Shown: piece by piece, positions 39,201 to 55,460 of the stretch
Layout: every line of letters starts with the position of its first letter
Numbering within the stretch: the first letter of the stretch is position 1
Assembly (NCBI RefSeq): GCF_022539665.2
Contig: NC_081334.1
Coordinates: forward strand, 1,302,001 to 1,366,000
Length of the DNA: 64,000 nt
Reading direction: 5' to 3'
From: Daphnia carinata
Lineage: Eukaryota
Made by a program: the position numbers and the translations under genes
Notes under the pieces: model-generated
What the model saw: only the letters and a program-made list of their open reading frames with translations
Database searches by the model: none
Told to the model about the DNA's origin: nothing

Positions 39201-40557
39201 GTATTATGCATAGAGAGAGGTCATCACTTTTTGTTCATCTTTTAGTGGCGAATACAACTACTAAACATATTCAACGCAAAGTAATGACCGTATTAAATTG
39301 GATCAGGTTACCAAGGTTACCGAAAAACGCCTCAAAACACGACATGTTTGCCTAACCATGAATAACTGGGATGGTAACTTCGCGAAAAGAAAAGCCAAAT
39401 GTTATAAATCCCCCAAAAACGCAATTAAAAGGTGCTGATTAACACTTAAATCCATCTCCACCAAAGAATCTTGAGTGCAAAAAGGTGCAATCAACGTTAC
39501 AGCGTAAGTGGACATACAATGACGCATCAGTAAGATATTACAATGTGATCCATTTGCATTACGCGATTTTTCAGCAGAAAAGAGAAATAGAAATGAGACG
39601 GAAGTACTGGAAGCTACTTTCAGCTGCAAACGTGATTCTGCTGGGGTAACCTAAAATCTGTGAATGTACGATCCTGTGTTCGTCGTAACTACATAGTACT
39701 GAGGTATATAATTTCGCATCCGTGCCCGTTAAATTTAAGTCACACAAAACACGAATGATAAGCAAAATTTCACCACGTACAGGTTTAAAAAATCCTTGCA
39801 AAAGTTGGGACCAAAAAAGTATTTTTCTGTAGTTGCACGTTAAAACTACTGAGCACAAGGTTTACGTCTTGTTTTTAATAAAGAAAAAGCTCTTACCTTG
39901 CTATCGACCTGAATTCTTCTCCACTTGAGATGTCCATGTTTCACACACCCCTTTCGTTTCGACCGCGTGGTGAGCTCGTAAGTTTACTCCTTACAATTTT
40001 CTACTTTTCCCTTCACCATCTACTCCTTAATCAGCCTTAATTTGCTTGGGTTCCATACATTATCGACATCGTTTTATCTATTATTGAGGATAAACAAAAA
40101 TTGTAATGCGAAATCAAATATGTAACATTATCCATAATTACGCACATCTTAGCATATGCTGTTATCCCAGCGACAGAAACAGGAGCAAAATGGGACGTGG
40201 GCGAATTGCACTGATCAGTTTCCTCAGTTTAGCAACTCTGCAAGTTGGCACTGGGCCACTGGCAGCAAATCACAGTAAAACAATTGTTGCCCTATTATTT
40301 TTGCTCCATAATTTATTAAACATATTTTTTAATGTTTTATTTTAGTAACTTTTATGTCGCAGTGTCAGCGAATACGCTACTCATACAAATCCTAAAAAAG
40401 TACAGTTTACGTTCTAATTAACCGTTCCCATTCTATCCGCCAGATGGCTTTTTATTTAAAATTGGCATTACCGCCAAAATGGTAAAGTATCATGAAATGT
40501 CAACTGGAAGACGAGTGTGAGTGAATGTTACATCGCTGAAGATATTCTATTATTGGT

Positions 40558-43500
40558 ATGGGGGAATTTAAAATCCACCACGCCGTCAGCGAGTTAATTG
40601 ATTCTTTGGGGTAAGTATTTTCTTTCAAACTCAACTTAAAGAAAATACATGCCACTAAGTAGAATCATTTATTGCATCCTTGCAGGCTTACCGATTTGGT
40701 TGCACCTGAGAAGTTTGTAAAAAACTTAGTGACATCTCCTTCCCAAGTGCAAATATCAAACACGAGAGAAATTGTCCAGTCTTTAGCTGCTGTAAGCTCA
40801 AATCCAGCTGAAATAATCAGCAAATATGAAGAACTTCGAGACAAAAAGTATAATTGGGTTTATTTGTTGTAGTAACTGAAGTGTATGGTTATAGTTGATT
40901 TCTATTTTAAGCTATGCTGAGCTGGATCCATTTGTCTTGATACTCTCCAAGATGAAAGAGTCAAAGACAATGACCCGTTCAGTTAGGGCTGGTTTGCCAA
41001 AAGAATCAGCAAAAAACTATTGTACCAGCACCGATAGCAACCAAGGATCTGGTATGACAGTTTTAATTGTTCTTTAGATGTAAATAATTAGCTGTGTTTT
41101 AATTTAGGGCCATCAACGTCTACTCCAATTGTGGTTGGTGGTGTGAAATTGAAGGAATTGAAAAGTAGATTGCAGACTGCAAGTGAAGGCTCAGTGGGTC
41201 ATCAAATCATTGAACTAGCAGAAAAGAGATGCACAACCAATGAAATCATACAAAGGAATCCTAAATGGTTTCTCTCCAGACCTTTCCTGTCCTGGGACTA
41301 TCCTGTTGCTGGGTTATTAGATTCCCAGTTACTTCAAATAGCTCCTCTGGGGAATGTGCCTGTAGGAGATCAAGAAAGAATTCTTCTAGAAGAGCTTTTG
41401 TACGTCCTTAGTGGGTTTGATGGCGACTACATACGCGCACTCCCCTTGTCATCAAATATCGACGAGAGAAAATTCGAAATCGATGAAAGTAATACTATTC
41501 CTTTCTCTAATTTCCGTCATGAATCACTTAATATTATTTTTAGGTGTTGACGATTCCCTAAAAGAAATGGTTCGGCGATTCTTTCCAATTTTGGCTTCCT
41601 ATTCTATAATTGAGCGTTTCTACGAAAGTCGTTCAGGATTCGATTACGGAATGGTCAACGATGCTCTAGCAGCGGCTATTGGCAACTTGGTTCATGACTA
41701 CCGAATATTTATTTGTCAACTGGAAAGCTTGTTGCTCAAAACCGAATTAAGTTTCCAGAAAGCTTGGTATCTGCTCCAGCCTAATGTTACAACATTACAT
41801 CAATTGCATCATGTCACACTCTCTTTGATGAGAGCTAAAGCTCAAGGTGGTCAAGTTTTGTCTGTGTTGCACCAACAGACAATGGAAGCTATGGGAAACG
41901 ATAAGCAGCAAAAACTTTTGCTCTCTCTAACTCGTTCTGCTGCCCAGCCATACTGGGACATTTTGCAAAAGTGGATTTATCAAGGTTCAGTTGAAGATCC
42001 GTATTTAGAATTCATGGTTGAAGATCATCAAGTAGTGTCGATGGATAAGCTCTCACCAACGGCTTACAGTGACGACTATTGGGAGAAGCGATACACACTA
42101 CGACGAGATCGAGTACCCTCATTTCTGCTCCCTCTTACCGACCAAATACTTCGTACAGGAAAATATCTCAACGTCATCAAGCAGTGCGGTAATAAGCGAT
42201 TTCTTCTTATAATACTCTGAAAAAATTACTTTATCTCTTGACATTATGCATAGGAATGAAAGTTAAACCACCAAAAGTGGATGATTTGCGTTACACGCTT
42301 GATGGCTCAGGTTACAAAGAAGCAATTGAAAAAGCTTACAGCTATGCATCTGAAACACTCTTGCACGTGCTTATGCAGGATTATGATCTTCTTGGGCGAC
42401 TCAAGTAATATGTTCTAACTGCTCTACTCTGCTGTGCAACTTAGTTTACTTAATACTTATGGCTGGCACGTTTATTAGGTCCGTGAAATATTACTTTTTC
42501 CTGAACGCGGGAGATTTTATCTTACATTTCCTCTCGCTGTGTGGAGCCGAATTGGTAAAGAACGTTGACGATGTAATGCCGAGCAGATTGGAATCTTTGC
42601 TTGAATTGGCACTTCGAACTTCCACAGCTAACGCTGACCCTTTTAAAGACGACCTCGGACTTGAATTACTCTCGTACGACCTTACTTCCCAGATGGTTCG
42701 CATTCTGTCTATTCAAACCCAAGAAGAACGAGGTAATTCCATTGATAATTTTCTATTTCATGAGATTAATTTTGTTTTCTATACGTTTGATTCCCGTCTT
42801 CATATATAGTGGATGGAAACCACTCAATGGACCATGTACGGTTGACGGGCTTGGAAGCCTTCTCCTTTATGTACCGTGTCCGATGGCCCGTTTCACTTGT
42901 ATTCACAACCAAAGTCATGGCGTGCTATCAGATGATTTTCCGTCACCTTTTTCTGACCAAATATGTAGAAAATCTCCTGGGGCGGTAAAATCTTTTTCTT
43001 GGAATCAAATAATTAACCATAAAAATGAACAATCACAACAAAATCAATGGGTATATTGTTAAATTCTTCTAGGGTTTGGATTTCCCACAAAATCGTGCGC
43101 AACTACGCTTTCCCAACTAGCCAGTGGTACAACAATGCCTTCGCTCTTCGACATCGCATGCTGCATTTTATTCAAAATTTGCTGTATTACATTACTGTAG
43201 AAGTTCTTGAGCCTTCCTGGCAAGTTTTTGTTGAAAAAATCAGAAAAGTGGACAACGTAGATCAGGTATGCTTCTATTATTTTACGCTGAGAAATAATTC
43301 TAAAGTACGGCATATTTCAGGTCATCTCAACTCATATGGAACTTCTGAACATCTGCATGAAAGAGTCTATGTTAACGGATCCTGCCCTTCTGCAAACAGC
43401 GACCAAGCTGATTAAACTCTGCGAAGCATTTGCTCATTTTATTCTTGTGAGTGGCTAATTATTTTTTATTTATTTCTTATTAAATGTTTTTGACATAAAA

Positions 43501-44007
43501 TACGTAGTAATTTTATGCTGGTATTTCATTCATAGAAGATGCATCGCCATGCTAAAGAAGCTGAAATGGGATTGAGCAGCCTTGCAAATGTAACATCTCT
43601 GAGCGAAGTGCTTCTAACTTCTCCAGGGGACGTCTTCCTTCAAGTATGTTGATGTTTTACCAAGAAAAAACTTTTATCTTAATAGTATTTCTATCATAGG
43701 AAAACAGTGATACGTTCGACCAAAACGTTGCGCGCATGGAGTTACAATTTACCACACTGCTCGCCGACTTATTACATAGGATTGCTGAAATGGGCCATGA
43801 AAGCTATGATTCTCATATGTTAACCTTATTGAACCGGTAAATCATCAACTACAATTGACGATCGCAGCAATCATCGTGTTTACATTATAAATTAATTTTC
43901 AATATTTATGCGTTGCCAATAGGTTGGATTTTAACAACTATTATACAGAGAAAGTGATTCAGTTCACCATGAAATCGAATCAAACGGATGAGACAATTTC
44001 TGGATAG
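40558..44007 (+). CDS. TUBGCP2: Gamma-tubulin complex component 2 (multi-exon)
   Basis: N-terminus MGEFKIHHAVSELI; internal QERILLEELLYVLSGFDGDYI, DPYLEFMVE, DDYWEKRYT, ILRTGKYLNVIKQCG, RLESLLELALRTS; C-terminal RLDFNNYY. Confidence 0.95.
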
Positions 44008-44398
44008 TGCATACCAGTGATTCTTTTTCCCCCGATCCATAGCTTGTATTAAAATCGAGGAGTTCCCATGAAATCAATAAAATTCCCAGGTATTCTAGTA
44101 GAACATGAAATATCAACATTATTGCGCGAAAGCTTTTGGAACATTATTTCAAAGCTCCCATTTAAAATTTAACATGTTTGCACGCCGGGGTCCTGGCTGT
44201 GGCTGTTGCCATATTCAGCGCCAGAAAATTTTTGAAATTTGGCATTACTGTTCGGGATTTGTTTGGCAGACGAATTCGCCAATTAAGAAGAATAGTAAGA
44301 ATTTTTAGATTCCTGAGTATCCCTCTATCCCCTAATACCTCGTAGAATCTGATAAAATCGCAATTTTTTTTGTTGGCAATTTCTCCATTTCGTGCAAT

Positions 44399-46140
<1,742 letters not shown>

Positions 46141-46236
46141 GTTGCACTGTATTGACCGTAAAGATTACATTAAATAGTTGAAGATGTTATATTGTTCTTA
46201 TTCGCGCTGTCGTCATCATAAAAAAAAATACATTTG

Positions 46237-46577
46237 ATGGCCATACGAGTTGCAGATTTCAGGTAGTTAAATACCAGTTTATTCTTAAATTGCATTGTTC
46301 CAGGGCGGCATCTGCGCCTGGACGACTACCGGTGCTTACACTATTCACGAAAGATGAGTGCTCGCTCTGTGATGATGCTAAAATGGTTCTTATGAAATCA
46401 AGTTTGTGGAATCGATTCCTTTTTCAAGAAGTGGATATCCGACGTCCAGAAAACCGGAAATGGTTTGGAATGTACCGCTATGAAATTCCCGTTTTTCACT
46501 TAAATGGGCAATTTTTGATGAAGCATCGTGTTGATTTAAAAGTTTTAGAAGAAAAACTTAATGCCACAGAATTGTAA
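46237..46577 (+). CDS. Glutaredoxin-like protein, C5orf63/YDR286C family
   Basis: LPVLTLFTKDECSLCDDAK...EVDI...YRYEIPVFHLNGQFLMKHRVD. The start is uncertain: ATG 46237 needs a 41-nt intron (46263-46303). Confidence 0.85.
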
Positions 46578-47117
46578 ATTGCAATCTGGCTTAAGCAAAA
46601 TTAAGTTATCGATATATTTTTTAAATGATATCATAATAAAGACTACATCCAAAAATATAACTGCATTTAAACAGCACTATAAGTTCAATACCGTGATACA
46701 TCAAATGGAATTCTCAAAAACAAAACCATTAAAGAGGTTGAAACTACACTAATAGGTTGCTGTTTAGGAGGTCTATGGTCTTACTTGGTGATACCTTTTG
46801 CATCTGTCATCTGTATCTACTCGGTTTCGTTGTCGCTGGAGTGCTCCTAACTTGTATTAGGATTCTGTTATTTAAAGTACGATTTTTCCCAGAAAGTAAT
46901 TGAATTTATTCACTGTTAAATGCTGCTTTTCATTCTTTAAGTAAAAGGTCATAATACTATAATGCAAGTGCTGCAATTAAAACATCCATCAAGCTCACTG
47001 CTAGGAATATGCAATACTATTTTCTCAATTAATAATTTCTATTTTTATGTTACAGGAAGAAAAACTTGAAGTGAAACATTTTGAAACTGATCTGTGGTGA
47101 TAACTGCCTATTTACCA

Positions 47118-49255
47118 ATGTCAGGATCAGGGACAGGACAAACTCACAAATTTCGATACAAAAATGCAGCTCTTGATTCTCAGGAACTCAGACGCAGAAG
47201 AGAAGAGGAAGGAGTTCAGCTGCGTAAACAGAAAAGAGAAGAACAGCTGTTCAAACGAAGGAATGTAGTTAATGGTTGGTGTTTTAACTTAAAATTGGGA
47301 TACTCCTTTATTTTTACAATCACCATTTAGCTCTGTTTTATTAATATTTTATCATTTTCTCTAATTGCGTTTTTTTTTAGCTGGAAATGTTCAGGATGAA
47401 GAAGTTAGTAGTTCTTTACAAGAAGATCTGATGAGTGTGGCTGCACAGCAAGGCAGCATTACTCAAGAAATGTGCCAAGCACTGTACAATCCTGATATCA
47501 ATGTGCAATTATCAGCTACCCAGAAATTTCGTAAAATTCTGTCACGAGAACCAAATCCTCCTATTGATGAAGTGATTCAATGTGGAATAGTTCCTCGTTT
47601 TGTGGAATTTCTGGCTAACAACAGCAACTATACACTGCAATTTGAAGCAGCCTGGGTTCTCACTAACATTGCCTCTGGAACTTCTGCTCAGACTCGTTGT
47701 GTCATTGAAGCTGGCGCCGTCCCGATCTTCATTGACCTACTTGGTTCTCAATACGAAGATGTTCAAGAACAAGCAGTTTGGGCCCTTGGTAACATTGCTG
47801 GTGATTCTCCTGAATGTCGGGATTTTGAAATCGATGCAGGCATCCTTCCCTCTTTACTACAGTAAATACTAAACAAACAACAAAACTTGATTTTTTGATA
47901 GATAGTTACCTATCAGGTCCCGTTTTCAAACAGGCTGTTGAGTAAATCAAGTCGGTTGTCAATGATTCGCAACGGAGTTTGGGCCTTATCAAACTTGTGT
48001 CGTGGTAAAAATCCTCCTCCAAATTTCTCGAAGGTAAAATTTTGCACGTTTTTGCGCAACTTTAGTTAATCTTGATGTTAATGCAATTTTCTGTTTAGGT
48101 TTCACCATGTCTTCCCGTCCTCGCTCGTTTACTTTTTCATGCGGATCCGGATGTTTTAGCTGATGCATGTTGGGCTCTTTCCTACTTATCTGATGGACCA
48201 AATGACAAGATTCAAGCCGTCATCGACGCTGGTGTTTGCCGGCGCCTAGTTGAGCTGCTCATGTAGAGTTACCGTCGTTATATGTTAAACGACAGCGTTA
48301 AAGAAAATATATTTAACTAGGCATACTACACCCAGCGTTGTGCAAGGAGCGTTGCGAGCTGTCGGAAACATTGTCACTGGAGACGACGTCCAAACCCAAG
48401 TGGTTTTGAATTGCTCTGTTATGCATTGCTTACTGCATCTTCTAACTTCACCAAAAGAATCAATTCGCAAAGAAGCATGCTGGACGATTTCAAACATCAC
48501 GGCAGGCAACCGCCAGCAAATACAGGTAGCCTCCTTTTTTTTCCTGGGGTTGTTTACTTTTTAACCAGTTTTTTTACGTTATAGGCCGTTATAGATGCAA
48601 ACATCTTCCCTGTTCTCATCGATATACTTGGCAAAGCAGAGTTCAAAACTCGAAAGGAAGCCGCTTGGGCCATTACAAACGCAACATCGGGTGGCACGGC
48701 GGAGCAAATTCGTTTCCTTGTTAATTTGGTATGAACGTTGATTTGCTTTTGCCTAGCTTTCATAACTACTGGGACATGTAAAGATTCAATAGTCTTGTAC
48801 ATCACAGGGGTGCATTCATCCATTATGCGAGTTACTTACCGTGATGGATGCCAAAATTATCCAAGTTGCTCTAAGTGGACTGGAAAACATCCTTCGATTG
48901 GGTCAGCAAGAAGCGCAAACTCGCTCCGGGCCCAACGCTTATGCTATTTTGATCGAGGAGTGCTATGGTAAGTACCTAGATAATTTGAAAAAATTCATTT
49001 ATGCAGTAATGTGTAACTCTTCTCATTTCTAATTCATTCCTGCTTATTTTTTTCGTTGCAGGGTTGGACAAAATTGAGTTTTTACAGTCCCACGAAAACA
49101 TGGAAATTTACCAAAAAGCTTTTGATATCATTGAAACCTACTTTGGTTCGGAAGAAGAAGATACTAAATTGGCACCGTCTGTTGATGCCCAAGGTCAGCA
49201 GTTCAACTTCAATCCCGATCAACAACAGCAACCATCTCAGGGCTTTGAATTTTGA
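47118..49255 (+). CDS. Importin subunit alpha, alpha-1 subfamily (KPNA1/5/6-like)
   Basis: IBB domain [31 protein letters not shown] repeats [40 protein letters not shown]-terminal [21 protein letters not shown]. Confidence 0.97.
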
Positions 49256-50482
49256 ACTTGTATTTGCAGAGATTTGGGAGCAGGGGATGGGAAGAGAAAG
49301 GTAGTTTGCTGCAAGAGTGGTTCTCTGCAATTCTTCACTTTTCATGAAATATTGGAATTGATAATTATATTTAGGAGTGATTTATTTCTTTGAAGAAGCT
49401 GACCTCTTTCTCTTTTTTTTTTGTAACACCTTTCTCATATTTTCAATAAGGTTACATTATATTCTCCAAAGGATCTAAAGCTATTCCTTTGCTTGTCACG
49501 AAATTGACCCAACAATCTTTTCTTTTTGTTTTCTTCGCGCTATGGATTTGAGCAAGAGTATTCAGAAGATTTGCTTGTTTTTTTCACCTTTCCTCTGTAT
49601 CATATATGAAAGAAATATGCCGCCGATTTTATAGATACGGCATTAAAGGACACAAAATAAAATAACTATATGAATAATTCGACGGTGCGAGGATAGGCGA
49701 TTCTGTAACATACCGCATATGCAAATCGACAAATAAAGTTGAGGTAGTGATACTAAATACAAGGGGCTTTCGATCAAACTACCATGCACTTCTTGAGTTT
49801 TCCCAGAAAGTAACCACACAAATTTAACCTAAACAATATTTCATCTAAAACGCCAAAAAAAAAATGCAAGTTTACAGGCAGAATAAAGTGCTTTTAAAAT
49901 TAATTGAGATAATAAAGGCTTGTTCGGATGAATATTCTTGTTCTAAATGTACGATTTATTTATTATTTTTTTTAGGTGGAAAGTTTGTGAATAAAAATCT
50001 TCCAAATGAAGGAAAACTACACTTGTAATACTATCGAAAGAAAGTAAGAAACTACTACGCCATTTGAACAAGCGATCGATTTTTTCCGCAGCTATTACAG
50101 AGAGAGAATTATTCAGGTATTACTAAATTTTCATATTTTAAAAATCCAAATTAGGAAATACCAAGAAACAATCAACGAACGCAGCGTGTGGAAATAAAGC
50201 GTTAAAATGTGCCAACTTCTAAGTTGTCCTGGCACTATGACTGGTAGTCTGGTGCCACTAGTGGTCATAGCTGACCAAGCCCTTCTTCGAACGGTATATC
50301 CTGTTTAGACTATAGCCTGCCTAGCTGTCAAAATCGAGAAAAAATTGGGACATTCTGTCAATGTTCGGAGGGTAGTTGACAAATCAACTAGTGGCGAGGA
50401 ATGCATTAGTAGAGTATAGCTATACTGACGTATTCTTTGAGATACGTTTCCGGGATTTTTTCACATTCTAAATGTCACAAAA

Positions 50483-51916
50483 ATGGAAAATATTGAAAAG
50501 AACGTGGTTCTTCTGTTGAATGGAAAAGATGCGGAAGAACCTCAAGATTTCTGTGATTTTACACTTGAAGATCAAAATGAAGCTGCCAGTAAGTTTTCTT
50601 TAATGATCATTGTATTGCTGAATATGTGTTAATAACAGTAAAAATGGACTAATAAGTTTTAAACAAACAATTAGTACAATGTGAGATCTTGTGATAAACA
50701 AATTAAAAGTATGTGTTAAACTTGTTCAATGATTTTTTTTTAGTTTCTAAAGGTTTAGCACCTTCTGCACCTCCAGACTTTGTTCCAGTCTTGAGGCAAT
50801 CTGTGTGCTACGTGGTTATGGCTGTTATCATAAATGAGAAAAATGAGATCTTGATGATGCAGGAAGCAAAAAGTTCTTGTGCAGGGCAATGGTATCTGCC
50901 TGCTGGGAGAGTTGAACCTAATGAGAGCATAATGGTAAGCAAAATCTAGATTTTAATACAAAACCTAAATAAAAGTGATGAAGTTTGTAACACTTTACTG
51001 CAGGATGCATTTAAGAGAGAAGTCTTAGAAGAAACTGGTTTGACGGCTGAACCCTCAACTTTGTTAATGGTGGAATCAGGTATTGCTATACAAAAACAGT
51101 GATTCCAATCATGAAGATGAATGTTCATATTGCATGTTTTTGCAGCTGCTGGATCCTGGTACCGGTTTGTTCTTGCTGGAAATGTGACAGGTGGCTCAAT
51201 TAAACAACCCTCACAAGCAGATTCTGAATCTTTGCAAGCCAAATGGGTTCAGAATTTAGCTGACTTAAGCCTAAGAGCAGGCGATATCTTATCTATTGTT
51301 GAACATGCAAGATCCTTTAAAGTCCACCTTGATACCCATCAAGCGTTCCATCCTTCCCTCCTTCCTACTCCGCGGTCATACACAAAGTTATTTTTAAGAT
51401 TGATCATTTGTGCCCGAAGAAAAACAAAGTACTGAGCTTTTAATTTGTTTCTATGTCTGATACTTAATGGGCAATTTTTATCTGCCTAGTAATAAGGTAC
51501 ACGTTCTAGTATCGGAAAAGACAGCTGCGCATCTGCCAGTATGCGAAATTCATCCTGGACGAAGTTTACACGCAATCCTTAAGAAATTTATGACGGTATT
51601 TAAACGAATCCAAGTTTATATTTTTTGTTGAAAACTAAGATAGACTCAACATTTATTGTTATCATAGGAAATGTTTGGTGCCGACTTACCCTCGCACAGG
51701 CCACATGGAGTATTAGCTTTGGGTCATCATTGTCAGCAACGACCAAAAATCACGGATGGCCTGTGTCTTACTTTGTTAGTTTCTGTCCGACTTCCGTTGG
51801 AAGAAGTTGGACTGATTGATAAATATTCCTGGTTTCAAGTGAATTTGGAAGTGGCTGGTACCCTTCTGTCACGAATGGGGAAATTCCGCACTGTTCCCCT
51901 CAACGTCGTACGGTAA
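50483..51916 (+). CDS. NUDT18: Nudix hydrolase, 8-oxo-dGDP phosphatase NUDT18-like
   Basis: ILMMQEAKSSCAGQWYLPAGRVEPNE...REVLEETG Nudix box; WYRFVLAGNVTGG...ADSESLQAKW; DGLCLTLLV. Confidence 0.9.
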
Positions 51917-52283
51917 GCATCCGGTAAGCTGGTTCATCTCAACTTGTTGAAATCTACCAACCCTCTACCGGCCTAATATTAGAATGCCACGTTCAGCTAT
52001 ATGCTAGCTTACAAAATTTTATTTGTCGATTTTGGCAGGACTTCAGAATCTGATGCCTGAATCTACTTCAAGATCTTCCAACATTTGTTAATGTATTGGC
52101 ACACTAACCATAGAGATAAGAAGAATAATCCAATATTTGAATATATTTATTTTATTGTTATCGGCGAGACACATTTTAATGTTCTTACCATTATTCCGTC
52201 CATTGGAATGCACACATTCTGTTTGTTTTTATTCCATGTAGTATGACTTACATTTACTGATGAATGTGAAAATACACCATTTG

Positions 52284-53061
52284 TTATCTTCCTTCTAATT
52301 GTTTGTCTCTTACAATGACTGATTCGTCAAACTTGATCATATATGTTGTTCCTTTGTGCCAGTGGGCTGTGACTTTTGCAGGCTGGAATTAATTAAATTA
52401 CAATAAAATTCTTCTGTTGTAGGGAATTGAGAAATACTCACAAAATTGCTAGTATTCAAGATTCCTTCAATGATACCAGCACTAAAGGCAGCACAGTTGA
52501 GGTTTCCTTTATCCTTGGGGACAGAAATAAATCTGTTCACTAATGATTCTTTTTCAATAAGGTAATAAGTATGATCATCATCGTTGGCATGTTCAAGTTT
52601 ATCTGCTTCTTTCCCGAACAATGACTAATAAGAAAATTATTAGTAGGAATAGCTACTGCATACCATATTTTAAAATTTTCACAATATTTTTTCTGGATTA
52701 GTTACCTTCCACACAGTTGATTTAATGAAAATCAAAATTTGCAGTAATTTTATCTCTCGTTTGCCACTCTTTTCTCTGACAATTAGCAAATCAAGCATCC
52801 GGACTCCAACTTGTTGACCAAATTCTGAAAGCCTGCAATTGTTCCCAACAAAATATTATACGAAATAGGGAGCTACATCAATTCAAAGTGATAGAAACAC
52901 ACCACTTACTTGGCCTGTAGCTCAGGTACAGTGGATACCCTGTTTTGGCAATATTGTACGATTTCTGAGAATAATAGAGCAAATCCATTCAAACTGACTT
53001 CGTTTTTCCCTTTACTGATAGATCGATCAAGAATGGTAGTTTTCAGTTTGAGGGATGACAT
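52284..53061 (-). CDS. TRAPPC5: Trafficking protein particle complex subunit 5
   Basis: ILDRSISKGKNEVSLNGFALLFSEIVQYCQNRV; FGKEADKLEHANDD; LVNRFISVPKDKGNLNCAAFSAGIIE; AKVTAHWHKGTTYMIKFDESVI. Confidence 0.96.
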
Positions 53062-53132
53062 ACTTTTCCACTGTAAAATAACCAGTCAGTCAAAACAGAA
53101 GCATCGCAGCGCCATCTACTATGACTGAAAGA

Positions 53133-53198
53133 AATTTTAAGCCCGACGAAGTAAGCCCGAATAAAGTCGGGCTTATTTATCAGTCGGGCTTAAAAATT
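53133..53198. repeat. Short nested palindrome of TAAGCCCGA units (2 direct, 2 inverted)
   Basis: TTTTAAGCCCGAC-GAAG-TAAGCCCGA-ATAAAG-TCGGGCTTA-TTTATCA-GTCGGGCTTAAAA. Confidence 0.85.
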
Positions 53199-53460
53199 TT
53201 TTCGGCAAAAACTGACACTCATCGGAAAACGTTGAATATCACAGGATATTATGGCAATCCGTTTTACATAAAAAAAAAAAAAAAAAAATGGCGGAAAAAA
53301 AATTAAAAATCGCACTTTTTTCTTTTTTTCCGACACGTAGCCATCTACCGCTCAGACTCATTATTACTGGCGTAGGCAATTTCAGTCCATTGGATGCCAT
53401 TCGCAGTTAGTTCAGTAGCGTGGATGGAGAATAACGCGTGGCTGGAGGAACAATTGAAAA

Positions 53461-54058
53461 ATGGATAAGATAATACAACAAAAGGATGGTAAGTATAAAC
53501 ATTATTATATTTGCTTTTATTCATTTGTGTTTTGTAGCTCAAAGTTTGAGTCTACAAGCTCAGCTAGGGGAAAAGAACAAATTGGAACGGAACAGTTTCC
53601 AAACAGTGAAGGAGGTTTTTCCAAACTCAAACCTAACTGAACATGAGGATGAATTGGCATTAGGCGAACACAGTCAGGTACCTAAACTTTTCAAATAAGA
53701 ATTCCAAATAAGTATAGAATTTTAACAAACAATTATTTATTGTTTAGTTATTCAGTCTACCACCTGACAGTGTGTTAAATTTAAATTCTGTTAGTGCTGC
53801 ACAAAAAGAATCGTTAGTAATAAGCCCATGCAGTGAAGGAAGTGAACAATTGTGGGACCGTATTTGGGCCGAAAATGGGTGTGGTACGGAAACCAAGATA
53901 TGGCACAAGTTCAACATGAAACATGGATTAGGTACTTTTCGGTTTTATGTCTATTGAAAAAGTATTTTTAATGTTATTATTTTGCATTCACAGAATTTAA
54001 TGGGGGATCAAATCAAGTCTGGAAGTGTTACAGGATGGAAGAGTCAGCCTACAGATGA
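53461..54058 (+). CDS. Orphan spliced ORF in left arm (lacks one exon relative to right arm); may be a pseudogene
   Basis: MDKIIQQKD|AQSLSLQAQLGEK...|LFSLPPDS...WDRIWAENGCGTETKIWHKF...|EFNGG...YR* joined by GT-AG introns. No domain was recognised. Confidence 0.45.
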
Positions 54059-54800
54059 AAAAACACTGAGAGTGCATTACCATTAAGGTATGAGGTAAAG
54101 TAATAGAGTATGCACATTGTCTAATGAGAAGTACCATCTTGTGTTAATAAATCCAGTACAACAGCAATCCTTTATAGTTCTGTCACAGCTAGAAACCTCA
54201 AATAATTCTGCTTCTCTGTCTAAAGAATAACTTGTCCTTTACGTTCAGAGTGTTGGTGAAACTGGGTACTTAAATGGCCCTAAAGATGTTTTAATTTTGC
54301 TGCCATTGCAGAGATGAACATCATACATGGACTCTTTAGGTATGAAAGGATTTTTCTTCAAATAGTTTTGAATTTATGACGAAGAATTTCTCCTCCTTTT
54401 TGCCAACCAGGTCTAATCTACCAAAAAAAAAATTATCCAATAGGAAAGGATTTTCATGTACTGGGAACACAACTATCAACAATGCAACATTGTACAGGTG
54501 CTAGTTTATCATTCAAGAGCCTTATACAATGATGTTAATCTGCAATTTGTATGTCCTTCCCCAAGCTTCCACCAGAAGTTGAATCTATGAGTCATGTAAG
54601 TTACATGATCAACAGTTGATATGTTTAACGGTGTTGTTTTTCTTTTCTCAATATAGGTTAATAGTAACATTGGATCTGAAAAAATTCTTGGTTGGGGCAA
54701 GACACTGAATAAATTGTATTGATTGGATGGATGACATGACATTTCTATACTTAATTCGGATTCCCCAGACGGTATTTGATATTTAAAAAATTGAAGTGCA

Positions 54801-55135
54801 TATCTGGGCTCCCTTCTTTTCTGAAGCCCCGTTTCCCCTTGACTCGTAATAAGCCCGTAGGGGGTCATGCCCCTACTGTACGGTATATATAAAAACAACA
54901 TATACCGAGGTTTGGAGGGCTCTGGCCGGAAAGGGGACGTGGGGTGCCGCTTAGTCCGATGATGTGTTCACGGAGGGCTCTGTGGCTACCCACAAATCCG
55001 AACTAAAGGTTAATCGCTCCTGTAAAAATGTTCCAAATCTTCAGCTCTTCTTCCGGCTTCTCTTAGCCAATCACCGGGTAATCTCCCCGGTGGGTCAACA
55101 AGGCAGTGTCTCCCCCTGCCTGGGTTGACGGCAAC
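54801..55135 (+). ncRNA. Candidate structured RNA/ssDNA module B, copy 1
   Basis: Stem 54826-54840/54931-54945 has 14/15 pairs with 3 G.U on +. Hairpins lie at 54857-54876, 54881-54907, 55072-55092 and 55094-55129. It is a GC-rich island in AT-rich DNA. Confidence 0.55.
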
Positions 55136-55460
55136 TTTTGAAAGGGTTATTGTGCCTTTTTAAAGTTGCAAAAATAATTGTAATGTGCAGAGAATTGTCA
55201 ATAAATTTTTTTTTATAAAATTTTTTTGCAAAATTTGTTTCCTTCATTGTCTGTGTTCACACATTACATTTATCAACTTTTTTTTTATTCAGCTTGCGCA
55301 ATTCAATTTTATTGTTTTTGCCACCGTTGTATCGTTTATCTGTAAGTATTCAATTATTATTTATTACACTTTTTGAATCCATGAACTTAGACAAGGAACA
55401 ACGTGTAATACCTTGATATTTTCTGAAGTAATTTTGTATTTGTATATTGTTTTACTGGTA

